Positions 19,056 to 27,013 of a stretch of DNA of 64,000 bases are shown piece by piece. Below the pieces are notes generated by a model that saw only the letters and a program-made list of their open reading frames with translations, did no database searches and had not been told where the DNA came from. Source of the stretch: Nannocystis pusilla (GTDB lineage: Bacteria > Myxococcota_A > Polyangia > Nannocystales > Nannocystaceae); the NCBI RefSeq assembly GCF_049337375.1, contig NZ_JBMPIV010000001.1; one strand, 5' to 3'. Each line of letters starts with the position of its first letter. The first letter of the stretch is position 1. The position numbers and the translations under genes are program-made.

Positions 19056-19103
19056 CAGACGGCCGCGGCCCGACGCTTCGTCGCGGGGCCGCGGCCTGCG
19101 TCT
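19056..19103 (+). terminator. long GC-rich imperfect hairpin immediately after YfbK-like gene stop (terminator-like, no U tract)
   Basis: cagacggccgcggccc...ggggccgcggcctgcgtctg arms read directly; 14 nt after stop. Confidence 0.35.
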
Positions 19104-19246
19104 GAAGCGCGCCGCGCTGACGCTCCGCCGCGGGGCGACACGGCGGCCGTCGCTGCTTGCGGAGCGCGCTGCGACGCCGCGAGCGGGGCGCTCCGGCGCC
19201 GGTGCTGTCGGGCAGCCGCGGTCGTCGAGCCGGGCTGCCTGGCTTC

Positions 19247-19318
19247 GGGAGCATGTCCCCAGGAGCCTGCCCTTCGGAGCATGCTCCGAAGGACCTGCCC
19301 TTTGGGTCACATGCAGGG
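19247..19318. repeat. 14-bp-period C(A/C)TG motif array (GGRCATGYCC family) overlapping the stop of the minus-strand Cys-rich lipoprotein gene
   Basis: catg/cctg at offsets 6,20,34,48,62-64; last unit encodes the C-terminal ...PPCM* of the lipoprotein. Confidence 0.6.
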
Positions 19319-20095
19319 CGGCGAGGCCTCGATCGTGTGGCCGCAGTGGACCTGGGCCTCGGCCGGGCCGGTGGCGGCGATCGTGAGGTGGTAGAGGCGG
19401 CAGGCGAGGGTGTTGCCGGCGGCGTCCTCGGTGTTGTACGGCTCGGTGTCCATGAAGTTGGCGCAGGTGGCCATGCAGTCGCCGGGGCTCGGGTGCTCGG
19501 TCGGGCAGATCGAGGTGGCGATGGCGCAGAAGCCCTCGCAGCTCTGACCGCACGCGCCGGCGCCGCTGGGGCCGGCGTGGATGCAGTGGACGCCCGGATC
19601 GATCGAGGCCATGCCGGCGTGGTAGGCCCGGCAGGACAGCGAGTTGCCGGAGGTCTCGCCCGGCGAGCCCGGCGGGAGGCCGCCGCAGGCGCCGAGGCAG
19701 CTCTCGTTGCTCGGGTACTGGGCGTTGGTGCCGGTGCAGCTGCCCATCATCGCCGCGCAGTACATCTGGCAGCCGACGTCGGTGTCGCCGCCGGTGCTCG
19801 AGGTGCCGGTCGTCGGGTCGCCGGTGCTGGTGACCGGATCGACGTCGCTGGTGGTGGTCGAGGAGGTGGGCTCGCCGGAGGTCCAGTCGGTCGTGGAGGT
19901 GGTGGTCGACGTGGTGGCCGTGACGTCGCCGCTGACCTGGGTCGCGGTCGTGATCATCGCGGTGGTGCTCGCGGCCGAGCCGGTGTCGTCACCGCCCGAG
20001 TCGTCGAAGCAGGCGGGGAGCAGGAGGGTACCGAGGAGGGGAAGGAAGGCGCGAGAGGTCATGCGTGGGCCTTGCGTGGCGGCGTGAACCGGCAT
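19307..20095 (-). CDS. Cys-rich lipoprotein (paralog A), Thr/Ser-rich linker + ~130-aa Cys-rich domain ending SPPCM
   Basis: LLLPAC lipobox; >16 Cys; C-terminus LACRLYHLTIAATGPAEAQVHCGHTIEASPPCM nearly identical to paralog B. Confidence 0.65.
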   Translation of the reverse strand: MPVHAATQGPRMTSRAFLPLLGTLLLPACFDDSGGDDTGSAASTTAMITTATQVSGDVTATTSTTTSTTDWTSGEPTSSTTTSDVDPVTSTGDPTTGTSSTGGDTDVGCQMYCAAMMGSCTGTNAQYPSNESCLGACGGLPPGSPGETSGNSLSCRAYHAGMASIDPGVHCIHAGPSGAGACGQSCEGFCAIATSICPTEHPSPGDCMATCANFMDTEPYNTEDAAGNTLACRLYHLTIAATGPAEAQVHCGHTIEASPPCM

Positions 20096-20113
20096 GGTTG
20101 AAGGGACATGTCT

Positions 20114-20806
20114 TTACATGCAGGGCGGGGAGTCCTGGAGGGTGTGCGGGCAGTGCACCGCGGCGTCGGTCTCGCCGGTGGCGGCGACGGTGAGGTGATA
20201 GAGGCGGCAGGCGAGGGTGTCGCCGGCGACGTCGCCGACGTCGAACTTCTCGTCGTCGGTGAAGCCGGCGCAGGTGGCGAGGCAGACGCCCTGGCTGGGG
20301 TGCTCGCCCGGGCAGACGGACACCGCGAGGGCGCAGAAGCCGTCGCAGTTGTCGCCACAGGCACCGCCGCCGCCCGGGCCGGCGTGGACGCAGTGGGTCG
20401 GCGCGTCCATGGCGGCGGCGTCGGTGTGGTAGCGGCGGCAGGCGTAGCTGTTGCCCGAGACGTCACCGCGCGCGCCGGCGGGGAAGCTGGCGCAGGCGCG
20501 CTTGCAGCTGTCGGCGTTGGGGTACTGCGCCTGCGGGTCGAGACAGTTCGTCATGATGTCGGCGCAGTAGTCGGCGCACAGCGCCTCGTCGACGCCGGTG
20601 GTCGAGGTCTCGGTGTCGCCGGAGGTGGTCGACGTCGACGTGGGCTCGGCGGTGGTGGGCCCGGCGGTGGTGGGCGCGAGGGTGGCGGCGGAGGTCGTGG
20701 TGGTGCTGCTGCCGTCGCTGCCGCTGCCGGTGCTCTCGTCCCCGGGCTCCGACTTGCAGGCGGCGAGCACGAGCGCGACGACGAGCGCGGTGGCCGGCTT
20801 CCCCAT
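20114..20806 (-). CDS. Cys-rich lipoprotein (paralog B)
   Basis: VALVLAAC lipobox; conserved Cys pattern and C-terminus LACRLYHLTVAATGETDAAVHCPHTLQDSPPCM shared with 19307..20095. Confidence 0.65.
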   Translation of the reverse strand: MGKPATALVVALVLAACKSEPGDESTGSGSDGSSTTTTSAATLAPTTAGPTTAEPTSTSTTSGDTETSTTGVDEALCADYCADIMTNCLDPQAQYPNADSCKRACASFPAGARGDVSGNSYACRRYHTDAAAMDAPTHCVHAGPGGGGACGDNCDGFCALAVSVCPGEHPSQGVCLATCAGFTDDEKFDVGDVAGDTLACRLYHLTVAATGETDAAVHCPHTLQDSPPCM

Positions 20807-20957
20807 GGCGATCCGCAGTCTGCGGCCCGCGCGATCGCGTTGTCAACCACGGGCCGTGGGGCCGGAGGGCCGCAGCGGCGCCGCTTGAGGCCTGTCTGAA
20901 AGGACAGGTGAACGGAGGCGGCGAGCACAGGGCCGCGGGGCGGCGCGTGGACGCGCG

Positions 20958-21278
20958 TCAGCGCAGGCAGACGTGGCTGATCTCCTCGGCCGAGCCCGCC
21001 CGCGCGATGCACTCGCGCGCGCCCGGCGGGAGCGACAGGCCCTCGCAGCGCTGCAGCTCGGGGACGAACCGCCGCGCGAACTCCTGCTGCTTGCGCCGCG
21101 TGAGCTCGGGATCGCGGTAGCCCTGCTCGGCGAGCTCGAGGGCGACGATCCGGTCGAGGATGACGGCGCAGTCGTCGGCGCCGGCCCGCTCCGAGCGACA
21201 CGTGAGCAGCAGCAGCGCGACGCCCAGCGGGGCGAGGCGGCGCGGCTTCGGGGTCGGTGGCTGCTGCGGGTCGAGCAT
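20958..21278 (-). CDS. small hypothetical lipoprotein (106 aa)
   Basis: LAPLGVALLLLTC signal/lipobox; between TonB and Cys-rich lipoproteins on same strand. Confidence 0.4.
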   Translation of the reverse strand: MLDPQQPPTPKPRRLAPLGVALLLLTCRSERAGADDCAVILDRIVALELAEQGYRDPELTRRKQQEFARRFVPELQRCEGLSLPPGARECIARAGSAEEISHVCLR

Positions 21279-21326
21279 GGGCGGCGGGGAGTGGTGTTCA
21301 GGACATGTCTCGAAGTACAGGCGACA

Positions 21327-22205
21327 TCAGCGGTCGCGGGTGAAGTGGACGCGGATGGCAGGCGAGCGGGCGCGGACCGGGCGACCGTCGCGGTCGAGGG
21401 CGGGGGTAAAGCGGGTCCGGCGGGCGCAGGCGAGGGCGGCGGCGCCGAAGCCGTCGCCGGGGTCGGCGACGAGCTCGGCGGACTCGACGACGCCGCGGGC
21501 GTCGACGGCGACGCGGATGGTGGCGACCTGCTCGTCGAGCGCGAGGCCGTCGGCCTCGAGCGGCCAGGGGCAGTTCCACTCGTCGCTGGCGAGGGCGACC
21601 GGGCGCGAGCGATCGACGGCGCCGGGAGAGGCGGGCGGTGGGCTCGCGGGCGGCGCGGGCGGGGGCGGGGGCGATGGCTCCGAGCTGGCGTTCGGGACAG
21701 GTTTGGTGCCGGTGCCGGTCGAGCTGGTGGCGCCGCCGACGTAGGCGCTGGCGTTGCCGACGACGACGACGTCGCCGGTGAGGTCGAGGGCGCCCGGCGG
21801 AGCGGCGACGACCTTGCCTGCGCGCGCAGGCGCGGGCCGGGCCGGTCGCGCGGGGGCGGGCGGGGCCGCGGCGACCGCGGGGGCGGGCTCGCTGGCGGCC
21901 GGCGGAGGCTCGGACGGCGGCGGCTCGGGCGGCGGAGGCGTTGGCTCGGTGCGCTCGACGTCGGCGAGCTGCAGGCGGGTCAGCTCGTCGTGGACGCGGG
22001 CGGCCATGGTGGCGCTCCAGGTCTCCAGCGTCGGCTGTGCCCGCAAGATCATCACCGCGACGCCGAGGTGCAGGAGGACCGCGACGACGATCGCGTGGTG
22101 CCGCCGCGAGGCCGGCGGCGCGGCGGCGGCGAACACCTGGGCGGCGATGCCCGGCCGAGTCACGCGGGATGTCCCGAAGGACAGGTGATTCGGCGACCGG
22201 GTCAC
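21327..22205 (-). CDS. tonB: energy transducer TonB
   Basis: N-terminal TM (HHAIVVAVLLHLGVAVMIL), Pro-rich spacer (PTPPPPEPPPSEPPP), C-terminal TonB_C-like domain; ATGA overlap with exbD stop. Confidence 0.75.
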   Translation of the reverse strand: MTRSPNHLSFGTSRVTRPGIAAQVFAAAAPPASRRHHAIVVAVLLHLGVAVMILRAQPTLETWSATMAARVHDELTRLQLADVERTEPTPPPPEPPPSEPPPAASEPAPAVAAAPPAPARPARPAPARAGKVVAAPPGALDLTGDVVVVGNASAYVGGATSSTGTGTKPVPNASSEPSPPPPPAPPASPPPASPGAVDRSRPVALASDEWNCPWPLEADGLALDEQVATIRVAVDARGVVESAELVADPGDGFGAAALACARRTRFTPALDRDGRPVRARSPAIRVHFTRDR

Positions 22206-22642
22206 GGCGCCGCCTCCTGGCCGGCGGGGCCTGGCGCGGGGGACAGGGTGGCGAAGGCGACGCGGTAGACGCCGCCGCGCTGGAGGGCGTCGATGGTGGC
22301 GATCACGCGGCGGTGGGGGACCTCGCCGTCGGCGTGGATGACGGCGCGGACCTGGGGGGTGCGGGCGCGCACGGCGGCGGCGCGGGTGACGAGCTCGTCG
22401 TCGCCGGCGATCGGCTCGCCGTCGACGAGGGTGGCGCCGCGCTCGGGGACGATCACCGACAGGACGACCTGGACCTCGCCGGCGGTGCTGGCCTCCGGCA
22501 GGTCCATCTCGACCGCGGGGGTGACGATGATCTTGGCGGTGACGATGAAGATGATGAGCAGCACCAGGACGATGTCGACCATCGGCGTGACGTTGATGCC
22601 GACGATCATGCCGCCCGGATCGCCGCTGCTGTGGCCGGCCAT
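22202..22642 (-). CDS. exbD: biopolymer transport protein ExbD/TolR
   Basis: MAGHSSGDPGGMIVGINVTPMVDIVLVLLIIF... canonical ExbD TM and periplasmic domain; TGATG overlap with exbB. Confidence 0.85.
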   Translation of the reverse strand: MAGHSSGDPGGMIVGINVTPMVDIVLVLLIIFIVTAKIIVTPAVEMDLPEASTAGEVQVVLSVIVPERGATLVDGEPIAGDDELVTRAAAVRARTPQVRAVIHADGEVPHRRVIATIDALQRGGVYRVAFATLSPAPGPAGQEAAP

Positions 22643-23331
22643 CAACGCGCCTCCTGCTGGCCTTCGGGACCTGTCGTATCGGACATGTACGCGAGGACGA
22701 GGTTGGTGAGCGCCTCGCTGCCCTGGCACAGCGAGGTGATCTTGCGCTGGAAGGCGTTGTAGGCGGCGACGGCGGGGAGGGCGACGAGGAGGCCGACCGC
22801 GGTGGCGACGAGGGCCTCGGCGATGCTCGACATGACGGCGTTGGAGGCGACCTGCGAGGCGGCGCCGGTACCCCCGCCGTGGCCGGGGGCGGCGTGACCG
22901 AGCTCCTCGAAGGCCGCGATGACGCCGATGACGGTGCCGAGCAGGCCGACGAACGGGGCGTTGTTGCCGAGGGTGCCGAGGAAGATAAGGCCGCGCTCGA
23001 GCTGGCCGCGCTCGAGCGCGAGGGCGCTCTGCATGGCGTACTCGGCGGCCTTGGGCCCGCGGTCGGCGAGGCGCAGGCCGGCGGCCGCGATCGCCGCGGC
23101 GACGCTCGGCGAGGCGGCGAGCAGGGCCAGGGCGCCGTCGCGGTCGCCGGCCTGCAAGAGGACGGCGACGCGGCCGGCGAGCCCGCGCAGATCGCCGCCG
23201 CGGGCGCGCAGGACCAGCCAGCGCTCGACGGTGAGGGCGACGCTGACGAGCGAGAGCAGGCCGAGCAGCCACAGCACCCAGCCGGCGCCGGCGCGGAGGA
23301 AGAGCTGCTGGAGGGCGTCGATCGGGGTCAT
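22642..23331 (-). CDS. exbB: MotA/TolQ/ExbB proton channel family protein
   Basis: 229 aa, three TM helices, GLLGTVIGVIAAF signature. Confidence 0.85.
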   Translation of the reverse strand: MTPIDALQQLFLRAGAGWVLWLLGLLSLVSVALTVERWLVLRARGGDLRGLAGRVAVLLQAGDRDGALALLAASPSVAAAIAAAGLRLADRGPKAAEYAMQSALALERGQLERGLIFLGTLGNNAPFVGLLGTVIGVIAAFEELGHAAPGHGGGTGAASQVASNAVMSSIAEALVATAVGLLVALPAVAAYNAFQRKITSLCQGSEALTNLVLAYMSDTTGPEGQQEAR

Positions 23332-23335
23332 CGGG

Positions 23336-24064
23336 TCATTCCTCGGCGGCCCAGGCGAACCGCGGCGGGACGGCGATCATGGCGAAGCGGACGGCGGCCA
23401 GGGCGTCGGCGGCGGGCGAGGCCGGATCTTCGGCGGCCAGGGCGGCGAGGTCGTGCGGGCCAGGGCCGAGCGCGGCGAGGTCGTCGAAGTCGACGCCGGC
23501 CCACCAGGCGGCGCCGTCGATCGTGACGTCGAGCGCGCCGCCGAGGTCGAGGTCGAAGGGGCCGACCCGCAGGCCCTCGATGGTGCGGCTGCCGCGGAGC
23601 ACGGGGGCGACGTCGACGTCGGCGGTGAACTCGAAGGACATGTCCGCAGAGACAGCCGTACCGGCGAACCGGGCCGCGCGCCCGCCCGGCGCGCCGTCCT
23701 GGGCGCCCGGCTTGGCCTGCGTCTTGAGCCAGGTGACGCCGTAGTCGAGCATGGCCGAGCGGACCTGGCCGGGCAGGACGTCGAGCTCGCCGAGCGCCTG
23801 AGGCCCCGGGTCGAGCAGGTCGACGGGGGCGACCGCGGCGAACTCGGCGGCCGCGGTGGCGCACAGCTCGGAGGAGGCGGCCGCGGTGGCGCACAGGTAG
23901 AGCGGGCCGAGGCCGACTTCGGCGCGCGTGAGGGTCACGGTCCAGGCGCCCGCGGTCAGCTCGGCCGCGGCCCCGCGCGCCCGCAGCGGGGCCTGGAAGG
24001 CCGGCTCGCCGGTGGCGCCGCAGGCGGCGCAGAGCAGGAGGAGCAGGGCTGGTCGGAGGGACAT
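23336..24064 (-). CDS. hypothetical lipoprotein co-transcribed with exbB
   Basis: ALLLLLCAAC lipobox; 5-nt gap to exbB start. Confidence 0.55.
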   Translation of the reverse strand: MSLRPALLLLLCAACGATGEPAFQAPLRARGAAAELTAGAWTVTLTRAEVGLGPLYLCATAAASSELCATAAAEFAAVAPVDLLDPGPQALGELDVLPGQVRSAMLDYGVTWLKTQAKPGAQDGAPGGRAARFAGTAVSADMSFEFTADVDVAPVLRGSRTIEGLRVGPFDLDLGGALDVTIDGAAWWAGVDFDDLAALGPGPHDLAALAAEDPASPAADALAAVRFAMIAVPPRFAWAAEE

Positions 24065-24125
24065 GCGCGAAAGGACCGGTGATGAGGGACAGGTGCGAGA
24101 AGACAGGTCTGGAGGGACAGGCGGC
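24058..24125. repeat. cluster of GGACMGGTG/GGACAGG motifs in the TBDR-lipoprotein intergenic region
   Basis: gacatgcgcgaaaggaccggtgatgagggacaggtgcgagaagacaggtctggagggacaggcgg read directly. Confidence 0.6.
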
Positions 24126-26788
24126 TAGAAGTGCAGGGTGAGGGTGCCCATGACGCTGAGCGGGGGGCCGGCGGCGAAGTGGCGGGCGGGCAGGAGGGAG
24201 GGGATCGGGCGGGTGCCCCAGTCGGACACGAAGTTGTACTCGGTGGCGGCCCAGCGGCGGGCCAGCAGGTTGAAGGCCTCGACGCCGACCTCGACGACCG
24301 ACCAGCGCACGGCGGCGCTGGCGTCGAGGAGGTGGACGGGGTCGGCGAACTGTCCGTAAGGCAATGGCCGCGGGGACAGGTAGGAGTAGCCGAGGCCGAC
24401 GCGCAGGCCGAGCGGGCGACCCTTGAGCTCCACGAGGTCCTTGTCGAGGCCGATGTCGGCGCGCACGACCACCGGCGGGACGTAGGGAAGGAACTGGCCG
24501 GGGACGTAGGGCGGGGAGGGGTTCTCGGCGGTGGCCGGCGGCGGGGCGCGCAGGACGGCGTGGACGTAGGTGACGCTGCCGGCGGCGACCAGCCACGGCA
24601 GCGGGCGCGCGATCAGCTGGACCGCGGCGCCGGCCCGCCGCGTCGGACCGACTTTCTCGAGCCGGCCCTCCTCGGGGTCGAAGGCGAGGTCCTGGGCGAG
24701 GAAGGTGGCGAAGCCGGCGGCGCTGAGCTGGAGGCGACCGCCGAGCGGGCTCATGCGCACGCCGCCCTCGGTGCTGTGGACCTTGGCGAACGGGGCCCGC
24801 TCGCCCTCGTCGAGCTGGCGCGCCTGCGGCGAGCGGTAGCCCTGGCCGTAGGCGGCGAACAGGCTGACCCAAGGGACAGGTGCGACCTCGAGGCTGACGC
24901 GCGGGCCGGCGGCCACGCCGGTGGCGGTGCGGCGGTGACCGACGAGGTGGCTCTCGACCTGGTAGGGGGCGATGAAGTTGCCGAGGCGGTCGTCGATGTC
25001 GTAGTGGAGGACGTCGGCCCGACCGCCGCCGCGCAGGCGCACGCGCTTGCCGAGGCGGAGGTCGAGGTCGCCGTAGAGGCCGACGTCGCTGGCGAGGACG
25101 GTGGCGTCGACGCGCCGGTCCCAGGTCTCGTTCTGCGGCGCTTGCAGCAGGTTCTGCGCCTGCTGGATGTTGTGGATCCGCGCGGCGGCGCCGACCTCGA
25201 GGGCGGCGTGGAACCACGGGGCGGGGCGCCAGCCGGCTGTCCGATGGGACAGGCGCATGCCGCCGCCGAAGTCGCGGTTCTGCTGCTCGATGAGGTCGCC
25301 GCGGCCGACCCACTGCGGCATGACGACGCCGCGCTGGGTGTAGCCGGTGAAGTTCTCGCGGCTGTGGAAGTCGACGAGGGCGGTCCACACGGCCATGCGG
25401 GTGACCGCGCCGCCCTCGCCGCGGCGCTCGAGCTCGAGCGAGAGGTGGCCGCGCGCGGCCGAGGCGGACTGACTGTTGGCCGAGGGGCCGCCGTAGCTGT
25501 CGTAAAAGCCGACGACGCCGGCGGCGACGTCGTCGCGGCGCAAGACGCCGGCGAGGCCGGCCCGCGCGGCGTAGGCGGCGACGTGGACCTTGCCGCGCCA
25601 GCCGCCCGCGGCCGAGAAGGCGAACTGGCCCATGGCCATGCCCGAGAGGCCGCCGCGGTTCATGCCGAAGCCGCGGGTGCGACGGACGGCGGCGGCGGCG
25701 AAGGTCTCGTCCTCCTGGCCCTTGGGGGCCCACAGGACGAGCTGGCGGAAGGTGGCGAAGGAGCCGCCGGTGCTGCGCAGCTGGATGCCGCGGCGCGGGA
25801 CGGCGAGGTCGAAGTCGATGCTGCCGGCGACGGCGAAGTCGCCCTGCCGCGGGTCGTAGACGCCCTCGGTGACGCGGATCGATCGCACGGTCTCGGGGAC
25901 GATCCAGTTGAGGTCGGCGTAGCCCTGGCCGTGCAGGTGCGAGACCTGGTTGAGCGGCAAGGCGCCGGCGGTGATCTCGATGTCCTGGCCGTGCGCGGCG
26001 TTGAAGCCGCGCAGGGTGATCTCGTGCGCCACGGCCTCGCCCTCGGCCCGGGCGACGTAGACGCCGGGGGCGCTGCTCAGCATGTCGGCGGCGCTCTGCC
26101 GCGGCGGGGCGGCGAGGACGTCGCGCTCGACGACGAAGTCGCTGGCGGCCCGCGGCGGCGGCCGCCGGCTGCGCGCGGCGACGTCGAGCACCGGCTCGGG
26201 CTGGCTGGCCGCAGGGGCAGGTTTTGACGCGGGGGATGAACTGTCCGAAGAGGCAGCTTGTGACGGGCTGGCCGAAGGGACAGGTTGGGACGGGGCTGGC
26301 TGGCTGGCCGGAGGGGCAGGTTGGGAGGGGGCCGGCTGGCTGCCCGGAGGGACAGGTTGGGACGGACCCGGCTGGCTGGCCGAAGGGGCAGGTTGCCCGG
26401 GCGGGGCCGAAGGGGCAGGTTCATCCGCGGACGCCTCGGCGGGCTGGGCCGGCGGGGCGAAGTTGAAGGGCACGCGGATCTTGACGGCCACCGCGACGTC
26501 GTCGCGGCGCGCCGGGTCGAACCGCCACTGCTTGACCGCGGCGACCGCGGCGTCGTCGAAGGCCGCGCCGCCGCTCTTCAGCACTTCGACGGCGCCGACC
26601 CGCCCGTCAGCCTCGACGGTGACGGCCAGCTCGACCGCGACGACGTCGCTGCGCGCCTCGGCGAGCGGATAGACGGCGTCGACCCGGGTCCGCGGGCTCG
26701 GAGGGACGACCGCGGGCGCGGCGCGGCCGGGCGAGGCCCACAGGCACGCCGCGAGGCAGGTGCAGAGCGTGGCGCGAGCGCGTGGCAC
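24125..26788 (-). CDS. TonB-dependent outer-membrane receptor with N-terminal TonB_C-like domain and Pro/Ser-rich repeat linker
   Basis: 887 aa; N-term VDAVYPLAEARSDVVAVELAVTVEADGRVGAVEVLKSGGAAFDDAAVAAVKQWRFDP (TonB C-terminal fold signature); (PAPSQP)n linker encoded by DNA tandem repeats 26220-26420; plug + barrel; C-terminal ...TLTLHF aromatic terminus. Confidence 0.8.
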   Translation of the reverse strand: MPRARATLCTCLAACLWASPGRAAPAVVPPSPRTRVDAVYPLAEARSDVVAVELAVTVEADGRVGAVEVLKSGGAAFDDAAVAAVKQWRFDPARRDDVAVAVKIRVPFNFAPPAQPAEASADEPAPSAPPGQPAPSASQPGPSQPVPPGSQPAPSQPAPPASQPAPSQPVPSASPSQAASSDSSSPASKPAPAASQPEPVLDVAARSRRPPPRAASDFVVERDVLAAPPRQSAADMLSSAPGVYVARAEGEAVAHEITLRGFNAAHGQDIEITAGALPLNQVSHLHGQGYADLNWIVPETVRSIRVTEGVYDPRQGDFAVAGSIDFDLAVPRRGIQLRSTGGSFATFRQLVLWAPKGQEDETFAAAAVRRTRGFGMNRGGLSGMAMGQFAFSAAGGWRGKVHVAAYAARAGLAGVLRRDDVAAGVVGFYDSYGGPSANSQSASAARGHLSLELERRGEGGAVTRMAVWTALVDFHSRENFTGYTQRGVVMPQWVGRGDLIEQQNRDFGGGMRLSHRTAGWRPAPWFHAALEVGAAARIHNIQQAQNLLQAPQNETWDRRVDATVLASDVGLYGDLDLRLGKRVRLRGGGRADVLHYDIDDRLGNFIAPYQVESHLVGHRRTATGVAAGPRVSLEVAPVPWVSLFAAYGQGYRSPQARQLDEGERAPFAKVHSTEGGVRMSPLGGRLQLSAAGFATFLAQDLAFDPEEGRLEKVGPTRRAGAAVQLIARPLPWLVAAGSVTYVHAVLRAPPPATAENPSPPYVPGQFLPYVPPVVVRADIGLDKDLVELKGRPLGLRVGLGYSYLSPRPLPYGQFADPVHLLDASAAVRWSVVEVGVEAFNLLARRWAATEYNFVSDWGTRPIPSLLPARHFAAGPPLSVMGTLTLHF

Positions 26789-26870
26789 CGGGATCGAACG
26801 GTTAAGAGATCCCGGCCGAGGCCGTCAAGCGAGCGGGCCGCTCCCGCACTCGAGTCGCTGTTGTCAGCGG

Positions 26871-26898
26871 ACTGCAATTGCAATGCGAGTGCATGTGC
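26871..26898. promoter_or_regulatory. AT-richer palindromic operator-like site (TGCAATTGCA) upstream of the TBDR gene
   Basis: actgcaattgcaatgcgagtgcatgtgc ~80 nt upstream of TBDR start in otherwise GC-rich DNA; function unknown. Confidence 0.25.
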
Positions 26899-27013
26899 GG
26901 CTGGCGCGCGAACACGCTTCCGGCGGGCGACAGGGGCCTGCGCGGGCTCGACGGGCCGATCGACCGCGCGAACGGGGCGCGCGGGAGGCCGCCCGGTCGG
27001 AGTTAGGTCACGG

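Noticed and set aside
23328-25733. Very long Arg/Pro-rich ORFs on strands opposite to or out of frame with real genes (e.g. 950..2647-, 23328..25733-, 28502..32290+, 33804..38567+, 53063..55408-)
   Set aside because: They have extreme Arg/Pro/Ala composition and no motifs, and each overlaps a well-supported gene in another frame. They are high-GC open-frame artefacts.
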